The notes beneath the pieces are model-generated. The model saw only the letters and a program-made list of their open reading frames with translations, was not told the origin of the DNA and did no database searches. Both the position numbers and the translations under genes were made by a program. DNA of 64,000 bases from Planctomycetota bacterium (GTDB lineage: Bacteria > Planctomycetota > MHYJ01 > WSZJ01). The DNA lies in NCBI GenBank assembly GCA_038060895.1, contig JBBTCT010000001.1, positions 288,001-352,000 of the forward strand. Reading direction: 5' to 3'. Positions 10,080 through 18,979 of this stretch are shown in pieces (within the stretch, counting starts at the first letter, position 1; each line of letters starts with the position of its first letter).

Positions 10080-10535
10080 TTATTTCCCCCCCCTGATCTC
10101 GACGGCGCGCTTCACCGCCCCGCGGATCCGCTGGTACGTTCCGCACCGGCAGAGATTTCCCATCAGGGCCTTGTCGATGTCGTCATCGCTCGGGTTCGCG
10201 TTCGATTCGAGAAGGGCGGAAGCGGCCATGACCTGCCCGGGCTGGCAGTAGCCGCACTGCGCGACGTCCAATTCGCACCAGGCTTTTACGACCGGGCTGT
10301 CGCCCGCCGCGACGCCCTCGATCGTCGTCACCGACTTCCCCGCCACGTCTCCGCCGCGTGTCGCGCACGATCGCGCTGCCTTCCCGTCCACCTGCACGGT
10401 GCAGGCGCCGCACAGTCCCATCCCGCAGCCGAACTTGGTTCCGGTCAGGCCGAGCGCGTCGCGCAAGACCCAGAGAAGCGGCATGTCGTCGGGAACCGCG
10501 ACTTCCTGCGGTTTGCCGTTGAGAGTGAATTTCAT
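10080..10535 (-). CDS. iorA: (2Fe-2S)-binding small subunit (IorA-like)
   Basis: [22 protein letters not shown]. Confidence 0.9.
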   Translation of the reverse strand: MKFTLNGKPQEVAVPDDMPLLWVLRDALGLTGTKFGCGMGLCGACTVQVDGKAARSCATRGGDVAGKSVTTIEGVAAGDSPVVKAWCELDVAQCGYCQPGQVMAASALLESNANPSDDDIDKALMGNLCRCGTYQRIRGAVKRAVEIRGGK

Positions 10536-10564
10536 GGGCGGGGCTCCTGGGTTGAAGATCGCTT

Positions 10565-10693
10565 TATCCGCGGTCGTTTCCGCGACATCCGGACCTTATC
10601 CGCGAAATCGTTTTCCTGAAAGTCGCGGTGCCGGATTTAATTTCAAAAAGAGTTCGCGGAGGAAAGCGGATCTCGCGGAAACGGCCGCGGATA
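10565..10693. repeat. Long hairpin upstream of iorA (27-bp outer arms, 2 mismatches, plus an inner stem)
   Basis: 10565-10591 versus the reverse complement of 10667-10693; inner TCCGCGAA/TTCGCGGA. Confidence 0.75.
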
Positions 10694-10708
10694 CGGCCAG
10701 ACCCGGCC

Positions 10709-11911
10709 CTAGTAATCCCTCGGCAACTGCCGTCTCTTTGCCATCTTCCCCCTCAACCCGCTCTGCTGCTGGCCCGGCCGGTTGATCGTGCCGCTCGACT
10801 TGGCCGAAGGGGCCTGCGAAGCATTGGGCTGCGGATAGCTGCCCGCGGGCGGAATCGGAACGGCCGGCGGATACGCAGGCGGATTCAGGACCGCCTCGAG
10901 GTCCGTGACGAGCTCCGACGGCGTCTGGTAGCGGCGGGCGCGATCCTTCGCGAGCATCTTGAGCACGATCCCCGCCGCAAATTCGGAAAGGATCGGGTTC
11001 AGCTCGCGCGGGTTGCGCGCCGGCTCGTTGAGATGTCGCGCGATCACCACGGCCGCAGACTCGCTGAAGAACGGCACCTGGCCGGTCACCATGTGGAAGA
11101 ACGTCGCGCCCAGCGAATAGATGTCGCTTCGGATGTCCACGTCGTGCTCGCCGCGCGCCTGCTCCGGCGAAATGTAGTTCGGCGTCCCCATCGACACGCC
11201 GGCTTCCGACAGGTCGGGCGCTTCGTCCCGCGACACCTTCGCGAGCCCGAGGTCGCACAGCTTCGCCTGCCCCGTCCGCGTCAGCATCACGTTGTCCGGC
11301 TTCACGTCGCGGTGCACAAGCCCGTGCTTCTGGGCGTGCTCCAGCGCCTTCGCCGTCTGAAGGATCACCTGCACGCTCCGCTTTTCGTCGAGCGCCCCGC
11401 CGCGGCGCAGCAGCTGCCCCACCGTCGGGCCGTCCACATACTCCATCGCAAAATAGTGGATCCCGTTCGACTCACCGACGTCGATCCCCTGGATGATGTT
11501 CGAATGGTTCAGCTTCGCAACCGCACGCGCTTCACGGAAAAACCGCTCCACGAAACGCGTGTTCTGGCCGTATTTCGGCGCCAGCACCTTCAGCGCGACG
11601 ACGCGGTCCATGCTGATCTGAAGCGCCTTGAAGACGCTTCCCATCGCCCCCTGCCCGATCCGGGCGAGGATGCGGTAGTTCTGGATGTGGGTGTGTCCGC
11701 CTCGGGAGCCCTGTGTGCGGAAGACCTGCTCGGCCTGCTCGCGCGTGATCATCTCGGCCTCGACGAGCAGGTCGCCGAGACGGCGCATCGGGCCGCCGGT
11801 GGACTGGAGTTCCTTCTGCACGGTCAGGCACTCGTTGACCTGGGAAACGGTCACGAGGCCCATGCCGACGGCGATCGCTCCGAACATCGTCTCGTGGCGA
11901 CTTTCGCTCAC
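10709..11911 (-). CDS. Hanks-type Ser/Thr protein kinase with N-terminal MshEN-like repeats
   Basis: GQGAMG, VALK, HRDVKPDN, DLG, GTPNYISPE; N-terminal RLGDLLVEAEMITREQAEQVFRTQ. Confidence 0.9.
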   Translation of the reverse strand: MSESRHETMFGAIAVGMGLVTVSQVNECLTVQKELQSTGGPMRRLGDLLVEAEMITREQAEQVFRTQGSRGGHTHIQNYRILARIGQGAMGSVFKALQISMDRVVALKVLAPKYGQNTRFVERFFREARAVAKLNHSNIIQGIDVGESNGIHYFAMEYVDGPTVGQLLRRGGALDEKRSVQVILQTAKALEHAQKHGLVHRDVKPDNVMLTRTGQAKLCDLGLAKVSRDEAPDLSEAGVSMGTPNYISPEQARGEHDVDIRSDIYSLGATFFHMVTGQVPFFSESAAVVIARHLNEPARNPRELNPILSEFAAGIVLKMLAKDRARRYQTPSELVTDLEAVLNPPAYPPAVPIPPAGSYPQPNASQAPSAKSSGTINRPGQQQSGLRGKMAKRRQLPRDY

Positions 11912-11985
11912 GGTGCACTCCGAGGTGGTAGGCCGAACATTCTAGCAGGCGGGGGTAGAAGGGCGGCAAGGTGTGCCGCTGCGCG

Positions 11986-12090
11986 GAAAACGGCGAACTT
12001 CAACTTACAATTTTCAAGCAAACTGAGAACTCCAATTTTCAACTTCAAGGTGGTACTCGCAGATCCTGGAAGTTGAAGTTCGCTGTCTTC
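11986..12090. repeat. Intergenic family member B (AACTTCAA type)
   Basis: GAAAACGGCGAACTTCAA ... TTGAAGTTCGCTGTCTTC terminal inverted repeats; left end matches the reverse complement of member A's right end. Confidence 0.85.
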
Positions 12091-12115
12091 GCGCGCGCTT
12101 CCTATCATCACGCTC

Positions 12116-12994
12116 ATGAGCTTCCCTGACCGTCTCCTCGCCGCCGTCCGCGCTTCCGGGTCCGTCGCCGTCGTCGGCCTCGACCCGCGCCCCGACCAGC
12201 TTCCCGCCGAGTTCGCGGGCGGCAAGCCCGCCGACGCGATTGCGGCGTTCAACATGGCGCTTCTCGACGCGATTGCCGGGAAGTGCTGCGCGGTGAAACC
12301 GAACGCGGCGTTCTACGAGCGGCTCGGGCCGTCGGGGATGGTGGCGCTGGCGGTCACGCTGAAGTACGCCCGGGAGCGCGGGATGCTGACGATCGCGGAC
12401 GTGAAGCGTTGCGACGTGACGGACACGGCGAAGGCGTACGCGGAATGGTGCTCGGCGTGGGGGTGCGACGCGATCACCGCGGCGCCGTGGCTCGGGGCGG
12501 ACTCGAGCCTGCCGTTCGTGGAGGCATGCAACGCGGGCGGGACGGGTGTCTTCTTCCTCGTCAAGACGTCGAACGCGGGAAGCGGCGATTTCCAGGACAG
12601 GGAGATTTCGGGCGAGCCGCTCTACCTCCATGTCGGGCGGGCCGTTGCAAAGTGGGGCGAAGGGGCGGGGGCGTGGAGTCCCGTCGGCGCGGTGGTCGGC
12701 GCGACGCATCCGGAGCAGGCCGCAAAGATCCGCGGCGCGATGCCCCGGACGATTTTCCTCGTCCCGGGGTACGGCGCGCAGGGCGGCACGGCCGCCGGAG
12801 TCCGAGCGGCTGCCGACGCAAAAGGCGACGGCGTCATCGCCGTGGCAGGCAGGAGCGTCGCGATGGCCTGGACGCGCGAACCGTGGAAATCGAAGTTCGG
12901 CGAGTCGAAATGGAGGGAGGCCGTCGCGGCCTCTCTCGACGACATGAACCGCGATCTGGCGGGCGCGGGCGTGGCAAAAGGATGGCTGGCCTGA
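12116..12994 (+). CDS. pyrF: Orotidine-5'-phosphate decarboxylase (type 2)
   Basis: VGLDP, VKPNAAFYE, DVKRCD, GAVVGAT, LVPGYGAQGG. Confidence 0.9.
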   Translation: MSFPDRLLAAVRASGSVAVVGLDPRPDQLPAEFAGGKPADAIAAFNMALLDAIAGKCCAVKPNAAFYERLGPSGMVALAVTLKYARERGMLTIADVKRCDVTDTAKAYAEWCSAWGCDAITAAPWLGADSSLPFVEACNAGGTGVFFLVKTSNAGSGDFQDREISGEPLYLHVGRAVAKWGEGAGAWSPVGAVVGATHPEQAAKIRGAMPRTIFLVPGYGAQGGTAAGVRAAADAKGDGVIAVAGRSVAMAWTREPWKSKFGESKWREAVAASLDDMNRDLAGAGVAKGWLA

Positions 12995-13038
12995 CCCCGC
13001 CCGCCCGCCGATCCCGCGCGCCCGCTACAATCGGGGCC

Positions 13039-14826
13039 ATGCGCTTCCCTTTTCTCACCCTGTCGCTCCTTCTGGCCATTCCCGCCCTCGCCGAGGACGT
13101 CGCGACCATCCACGTCGTCCCGGGCTCGCACCTCGACATCGGGTTCACCGACACGCCGGATGGCGTAAAGGCGAAGCGGATCCGCGTGCTCGACGACGCG
13201 ATCGCCGCGGCGCAGGCGGACCCGGAGTTCCGGTGGTTCGAGGAGAGCGCGTGGACGGTGGACGCTTGGCGCGAAGCTCACAGAGATGACGCGAAGGCGC
13301 TCGACGCCTTGAAGGCGCTTCTCAAGGACGGCCGCATCAGCGTGGGCGCGGCATGGTGCAGCCCGCACGCCGCGATGTTCGCGGACCATCTCGACCTGCT
13401 GTTTTTCCACCTCGACCAGTTCGAGCGCGACTACGGAGTCCGACCCGTCGCCGCCGTCCTCAACGACGTCCCGATGTTCCCGCAGGCGCTCGTCGATGCC
13501 TGCGCCGCGGCGGGCGTGAAATACCTGCTCGTTGGCGCGAACACCGCGTTCTCGCCGCCGCTTCCGAAAGAACTCGAGCGCACTCCATTCTGGTGGGAGT
13601 CGCCTTCGGGGAAGCGCCTGCTGGTGTGGGTGGACGACGACGCTTACCCCGCGGCGTACATGAAGTGGGGTTTCGATCCGGACACCGCGCGCTTTTTCGC
13701 GCCGAAGGAATTCGACCCGAAGCTCGGGGCGCTGGAGACGATGAATGAAGGGATTTCCAGGATGGTCCGGGGGCTTGTCACGCCGCGCGGCGCGGCGATC
13801 GTGCAGCACGCGTTCGACAACTGGGACACGGGCCCGGCGAAGAAGCTGCCGAAGTTCGCGAAGCAGTGGAACGACTCGAAGAAGGGGCCGCGGATTTCGC
13901 TCGGCGGGCCGGAGGCATTTTTCCGCGACATCGAGGCGCGCTGCGGCAAGGACTTGCCCGTAAAGCGCGGCGAATGGGGCGGCGCGTGGGACGCGATCCG
14001 CGCGTGCAACCCTCTGTGGACCTGGCGGCTGCGCCAGGCGATGAAGAACCTCCCCGCCGACGCGCCGTACGCGACCAGAGCGCTCCTCGCTACGTCAATG
14101 GAGCACAGCCAGGGGCTTGGCCCCGGCTGGGGCGGCATGCTGACGGAAGCGCAGACGCTGGCGCACAACGAGCAGGTGGCGGGACTTTTCCGCCGCGCGG
14201 TCTCCGCGGTGGACCCGAAGCTCGTGGACGCGGTGCCGTCAGGCTTCGAAATGCCGACCTGCGAGGGCGAGCCCGCGGCCTGGAAGGCCGTCCTGACCCG
14301 CCCGCGCGCGCGCTTCCGCGCCGGCCAGCAGTGGCTCGGGCCGTTCGTGGTGGACACGGCGCCGGAGATCCGAACCGACCTCCTGTATTGCACGAATCAG
14401 ACTATCTACACGATCCGTTCGTCGTTCGACCGCGGGGCGATCGGCGTCGGCGACGGCGCTGCCGTGATCGAGATCCCGCTGAGAGCCGCTCCGAAGGACG
14501 TCACGCTGGCCGCCGCCGACTCGCCGGATGCGTGCGACGGAAAGTGGCTGCGCGGCGAGCCTCCCTCCTTCGTGGTCGCGCCGAACGGGCTGCGGGTCAA
14601 GGGGCTGAAGCACACGCTGAAGGTGACTGCCGACCTCGTCTTCTCCTGGTGCATCGTCAAGGACAAGGAGGATGCGTCGCGTTGCTACCTGCAGGGACTG
14701 GTCGCCCGGCAGGGGCGCCAGTGCGAATTCAAGGACAAGACGATCAAGGTGCTGGACTTCGAGAAGCTCTACGTGGGCGAGCCGCTGAGACTGGAAATCG
14801 GGGTGCGCATCGAGATCGGTGAGTAG
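13039..14826 (+). CDS. Secreted glycoside hydrolase family 38 N-terminal-domain-like protein
   Basis: Signal peptide; SHLDIGFT, NDVP, PFWWESPSG, WGGAW; TACAAT 7 nt before ATG 13039. Confidence 0.65.
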   Translation: MRFPFLTLSLLLAIPALAEDVATIHVVPGSHLDIGFTDTPDGVKAKRIRVLDDAIAAAQADPEFRWFEESAWTVDAWREAHRDDAKALDALKALLKDGRISVGAAWCSPHAAMFADHLDLLFFHLDQFERDYGVRPVAAVLNDVPMFPQALVDACAAAGVKYLLVGANTAFSPPLPKELERTPFWWESPSGKRLLVWVDDDAYPAAYMKWGFDPDTARFFAPKEFDPKLGALETMNEGISRMVRGLVTPRGAAIVQHAFDNWDTGPAKKLPKFAKQWNDSKKGPRISLGGPEAFFRDIEARCGKDLPVKRGEWGGAWDAIRACNPLWTWRLRQAMKNLPADAPYATRALLATSMEHSQGLGPGWGGMLTEAQTLAHNEQVAGLFRRAVSAVDPKLVDAVPSGFEMPTCEGEPAAWKAVLTRPRARFRAGQQWLGPFVVDTAPEIRTDLLYCTNQTIYTIRSSFDRGAIGVGDGAAVIEIPLRAAPKDVTLAAADSPDACDGKWLRGEPPSFVVAPNGLRVKGLKHTLKVTADLVFSWCIVKDKEDASRCYLQGLVARQGRQCEFKDKTIKVLDFEKLYVGEPLRLEIGVRIEIGE

Positions 14827-14831
14827 CGCGC

Positions 14832-15608
14832 ATGCCTCCCCAGGAAACCGTCCTCGTCACCGGTGCGTCCTCCGGGATCGGCCTCGAAATCGCGAAGCTG
14901 TTCGCGGCGGACCGCTCGGACCTGGTGCTGGTCGCGCGCCGTGGCGAGAGGCTGGAGGCTCTCGCGAAGGAGCTGCGCGCGAAGCACGGCATCGAGGCGC
15001 GCGTCGTCGCGAAGGACCTCGCCGCCCCGGGCACGACCGAAGAGATCTACGAGTCGCTCAAGAACCGCGGCGTCGCCATCGACGTCCTCGTCAACAACGC
15101 CGGCTTCGGCAAACAGGGCCGCTTCCATGAAATTGACGCAGCGCAGCAATCCGAGATGATCCGCCTCAACATCCTCGCCCTCACCGACCTCACCCGCGCC
15201 TTCCTCCCCGGCATGGTCGCCCGCCGCAAGGGAGGCATTCTCAATGTCGCTTCCACCGCGGCCTTCCAGCCCGGGCCGCTCATGTCCGTCTACTACGCGA
15301 CCAAGGCCTACGTCCTGTCCTTCACCGAGGGGATTGCCGAGGAACTCAAAGGCACCGGCGTCACCGCCACCTGCCTCTGCCCGGGTCCCACAAAAACCGA
15401 ATTCATCGCGCGCGCCGGCATGAAGGCGTCCAACGCCTTCGAAGCCGCCGCGATGAGCGCCGAGCGTGCGGCCAGGAAGGGCCATCGCGCCTTCCGGCGC
15501 GGAAAGGTCGTCGCCATCCCCGGTGTTGTTAACTTCCTGGGAGCGTTTCTGCCGCGGATCGCGCCGCGGTGGCTGCCGAGGAAAGTGACGAGGCGACTGA
15601 ACAGTTGA
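14832..15608 (+). CDS. SDR family oxidoreductase
   Basis: TGASSGIG, NNAG, YYATK. Confidence 0.9.
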   Translation: MPPQETVLVTGASSGIGLEIAKLFAADRSDLVLVARRGERLEALAKELRAKHGIEARVVAKDLAAPGTTEEIYESLKNRGVAIDVLVNNAGFGKQGRFHEIDAAQQSEMIRLNILALTDLTRAFLPGMVARRKGGILNVASTAAFQPGPLMSVYYATKAYVLSFTEGIAEELKGTGVTATCLCPGPTKTEFIARAGMKASNAFEAAAMSAERAARKGHRAFRRGKVVAIPGVVNFLGAFLPRIAPRWLPRKVTRRLNS

Positions 15609-15679
15609 GCGGACCGGGGCAAGTCATTTCCCATGCGGCCCGGACAGAACAGGAGCTCGAATCCGGCAATCACAAACGG

Positions 15680-16543
15680 TTACTGGGTTGAACCGGCGCC
15701 GTGCGCAACGTAAACGAGGACCGTCTTTCCGTAGTGCATCTCTTCGCCCTTGAGCCGCATCCCGATCTTTTTCAGCACGGCGAGCGACTCCACGTTGGTC
15801 ATCTGTGCCACCGCCACGATCTGCGGGAGCTTGAGCGTCTCGAGCCCGTAGGTCAGCGCCGCCCGGGCCGCTTCGGTCGCGAGCCCTTTGCCGCGCCATT
15901 TCGCCCCGAGCGCGTAGGAGAGCGCGACGGTCGCGCCTCCTTCGAGATCCTGGAGCCCGCAGTGGCCGGCGACTTCACCCGATTCCTTCGGGACGACCGC
16001 CCACGGGCCGTAGCCGCGGTCGCGGTAGAGCTTTGCGAAGCGCTGCAGTTCCTTCTTCGTCCCCTCGCGGTCGCGCGTCGCGCCGTCGCCAAGCCAGCGC
16101 GTCGTCGCGGCGTCCTCGTAAATGGCGGTGAGCGCTTCGAGATCCTTCGTCGTGAATTCGCGGAGCCAGAGCCGCGAGGTCTCGACGACCAGCCGGGCCT
16201 GCTCGGATTCGACCTGGTTTTCCACCGCGCTGCGCACGTCGCGCGGCTCGACGTCCATCCCGATCGCCGTGTCGCCCGCCCAGTTGATCCCCACCATCCA
16301 GTTGTTCGCCTCGCAGCGCGGCAGCCAGATGTCCCGGAACTCGGACCAGGGCAGCTCGTCCACCTTGAATCCGGCGAATTCCGCGTCCTTCGTGATGATC
16401 CGCTCAACCCGGGGGCGGCTGGACCAGATCGGAACCGTTCTGCGCCCCCCGGGGGCGACCGGCGCGGGAACTCCTCGCGCGTCGCGCACCATGAAAACAC
16501 GCTCGCTCTGGGAAACTTCCTTCGCGAAGTCGTCGAGCGACAC
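15680..16543 (-). CDS. DUF2750-like domain fused to a RimJ/RimL GNAT acetyltransferase
   Basis: PIWSS...WLP...VGINW, then ETSRLWLRE...WRGKGLATEAA; GTG at 16543 with GGAGG upstream. Confidence 0.7.
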   Translation of the reverse strand: MSLDDFAKEVSQSERVFMVRDARGVPAPVAPGGRRTVPIWSSRPRVERIITKDAEFAGFKVDELPWSEFRDIWLPRCEANNWMVGINWAGDTAIGMDVEPRDVRSAVENQVESEQARLVVETSRLWLREFTTKDLEALTAIYEDAATTRWLGDGATRDREGTKKELQRFAKLYRDRGYGPWAVVPKESGEVAGHCGLQDLEGGATVALSYALGAKWRGKGLATEAARAALTYGLETLKLPQIVAVAQMTNVESLAVLKKIGMRLKGEEMHYGKTVLVYVAHGAGSTQ

Positions 16544-16581
16544 CCTGGGCGACCCTCCGCAGTCTGGTTTGGACTCAAAAG

Positions 16582-16652
16582 TACCCGCCTTCGCTCCGGC
16601 ACGCACGTCTGCCGAAGCCCGAAGGCGGATCGTGCCGGAGCTTCGGCGGGTA
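16582..16652. repeat. REP-like nested hairpin (CCGCCTTCGCT...AGCTTCGGCGG type)
   Basis: tacccgccttcgctccggcacg pairs with cgtgccggagcttcggcgggta; inner tctgccgaagcccgaaggcgga. Confidence 0.65.
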
Positions 16653-16706
16653 AGCCGGGCCGAAACGCGGCGCGTGGCCGGCCCGAACGGATTTCCTCGG
16701 CCCGGC

Positions 16707-18719
16707 TTAGCCCCCGATCAGTTTCTCCGCCTCGTCGGCGGCAGCCTTGATCGCGGGGTTGTCGTCGAAGTGCTTCCGGATCCGGTCGATGGCTCCGCGG
16801 GCGGCCGGGTCCTTGAACCCGGGGATGGCCTTGAGGATGCGGACCGCCGACGCGCGGCGGACCGGCTCCGGGTCGATGTGCTCGCTTCCCGATTTCGCGG
16901 TTGTGAGAAGAATCCTCTGGATCAGGATGCCGTCGACGGCCGCCCAGATGGCAGGGTCGCCCCAGGACGCGAATGTCGAGACGAGCGCGGCATTGAGCGC
17001 GTGAAGCTGCGCCCAGGTTTCGTCCCAGATCCAGCGCTCGGCAAGCCTGTCGAACTCGTTCGCGAACTTGTGGACGGCGAGCGCGAGCCAGTGGGCTTCC
17101 TCCGGCCCTGCGGCCGTGGCGAGGGATTCCGCGGCGGCGAAGCGGACCTTCCAGGACGGATCGGTCAGGGCGCCCAGCAGGACGGTGGCCGCGTGAAGAT
17201 CGCGGACGGCGCCGAGCGCGCGGGCGGCCTGCGTCCGGGCTTCGTGGCAGTCGATGCGCCGGTCCTCGACGATCGCCGTGAGCGGCTTCACCGCGAGCGG
17301 GCTCTTCAGCTCGATGAGCCGGTCCGCCGCGGCCTTCGCGAGGACGCCGCCCAGGCGGACGTCGGCGATCAGTTCTTCAAGTTCTCCCGCCCGCCCGGCC
17401 GGCCGCGTCGCCGGGAAGTACACCGTTTCGTCGGGCCACAGCGGCTCGAGGAAACTCGAGCGCGTGCCATGGATCGGCTCCGGTTTCGACGGCCCCTTTT
17501 TCATGCGGTGGCGCCGCCGGAAATACAGGAACGAATCCGCGATCACCGCCTGCGGCCATCCGTGCTGCTGGTCGGTCCACTCGCAGTAGACGAAGTCCGC
17601 GTCGGCTTTCCGCAGATTCTTCGCGGCCATCCGGTTGCGGTCGGGCGAAAAGTCGTCGCTGGACTGGTAGAAGTAGAGTCCCGTCCCCTGCGCGGCCGCG
17701 TTGAGTTCATTCCCGTTGCTCGACGAAGCCGCCGGCGCGAACGCCGCGAATTTTTCGGGGTACTTCGTCCCGAAGTGCCACGTGCCGCTTCCGCCCATCG
17801 AGTGCCCGGTGACGTACACGCGGTTCATGTCGATGTTGTACTGCAGCATCGCTTCGTCGATCACCGACAGCACGTACGTGTCCCCCTGCGCCGTCCAGGG
17901 CCGCGGGTCCGCCGTCGGAGCTACCACGATCACGTCCCACTTCTTCGTTTCCGCGAACGTGAAGTGCTTCACGAACGTGTGCCCCTCGCCGATCCCGCCG
18001 AGACCGTTCCAGGTGCCGTGAAGCGCGAGCACCATCGGGTAGGCGCGATGCGGGTCGTAGTTCGCCGGCAGCCAGACCGTGTAGACGCCGCTCGCGTGCT
18101 GCGAGTTGTACGTCAGTTGAATGTCTTCCGTGACGACTCCCGCCTTGTGCGCGCTCGAGCGCGCGACGCGGTCGAAGTACTCGATGGGAAGCGTCACGCC
18201 GAAGTCCTTGCGAAGCCGCGCGCGCAGGTCCCGCCGCGCCGCCCCGTCCAGCTTCAGCCAGTCCGCGATCGCCGTGCGGATGTCCTTGTTGTGCCGCGGG
18301 CTCGCCTTCAGCACCGCGTCCACGTCAGCGCCGATTTCGGCCCTCGCTTCCGGCTCCGCCGAATCCCGGGCCAGCGCGTCCAGCGCTTCCTCCCGCGCTT
18401 CGATCGTGAATCCGTTCGCCTTGCAGAACCTCATCATCTCGACGTGGTCCTGGTTCGGCGCGCTGGAATTGAACCAGTATTCCCGCAGCGGATCGGGAGG
18501 CGTGATCTCGATCTTCGTCACGTCGGAGCGTTCGAAGCGCTTGAGGCCCCACACCATCTCCTTCATCGTGCAATTGAAGGGGTTGATGACGACGTCCCCT
18601 TCGGCGCCGGAGACGACCTTGCCGTCGTAGGAGGCGCCCTCGGAGAGCCAGACGGTATCGCCGGCGACGAGGGCGGCGAGGGAGAGGAGAAGGGCGGAAG
18701 GAAGGAGCAGGCGGCGCAT
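16707..18719 (-). CDS. Secreted alpha/beta hydrolase (esterase-like) with C-terminal HEAT repeats
   Basis: Signal peptide, LALHG, GHSMGG nucleophile elbow, HEAT-like LTDPSWKVRFAAAESL. Confidence 0.75.
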   Translation of the reverse strand: MRRLLLPSALLLSLAALVAGDTVWLSEGASYDGKVVSGAEGDVVINPFNCTMKEMVWGLKRFERSDVTKIEITPPDPLREYWFNSSAPNQDHVEMMRFCKANGFTIEAREEALDALARDSAEPEARAEIGADVDAVLKASPRHNKDIRTAIADWLKLDGAARRDLRARLRKDFGVTLPIEYFDRVARSSAHKAGVVTEDIQLTYNSQHASGVYTVWLPANYDPHRAYPMVLALHGTWNGLGGIGEGHTFVKHFTFAETKKWDVIVVAPTADPRPWTAQGDTYVLSVIDEAMLQYNIDMNRVYVTGHSMGGSGTWHFGTKYPEKFAAFAPAASSSNGNELNAAAQGTGLYFYQSSDDFSPDRNRMAAKNLRKADADFVYCEWTDQQHGWPQAVIADSFLYFRRRHRMKKGPSKPEPIHGTRSSFLEPLWPDETVYFPATRPAGRAGELEELIADVRLGGVLAKAAADRLIELKSPLAVKPLTAIVEDRRIDCHEARTQAARALGAVRDLHAATVLLGALTDPSWKVRFAAAESLATAAGPEEAHWLALAVHKFANEFDRLAERWIWDETWAQLHALNAALVSTFASWGDPAIWAAVDGILIQRILLTTAKSGSEHIDPEPVRRASAVRILKAIPGFKDPAARGAIDRIRKHFDDNPAIKAAADEAEKLIGG

Positions 18720-18801
18720 CGGGCGCTCCGTGTGGGAGGGGAGGGAGACTCTACCGCGTGGGAGTGGGCGGGGTGAATGGCTATCGATGCGGGGGTCGAA
18801 G

Positions 18802-18931
18802 GAAAACGGCTACAAGGAAACGAAACAGGAAAAAGGAAAAACAAAAAACGAAAAGCAAACTGCGCCCTTGCTCATAACGTTTTCGTTTTTGGTTTTTCCT
18901 TTTTCGTTTTTCGTTTCCTTGTAGCCGTTTT
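18802..18931. repeat. Intergenic family member D (GAAAAAC heptamer type), palindromic
   Basis: AAAACGGCTACAAGGAAACGAAA ... TTTCGTTTCCTTGTAGCCGTTTT, a perfect 23-bp terminal inverted repeat. Confidence 0.9.
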
Positions 18932-18979
18932 TGCCCTCCGCCCGTCTTCAACCACTGTCCCATGCCGTATCCTATGTGA

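Noticed and set aside
12283-13038. N-terminal extension of the 847-aa ORF (likewise the extended starts given for pfkA, the O-methyltransferase, hemW, metF, aat and the cyclase)
   Set aside because: The extensions overlap neighbouring genes or repeats; family motifs and -10/RBS signals support the downstream starts.
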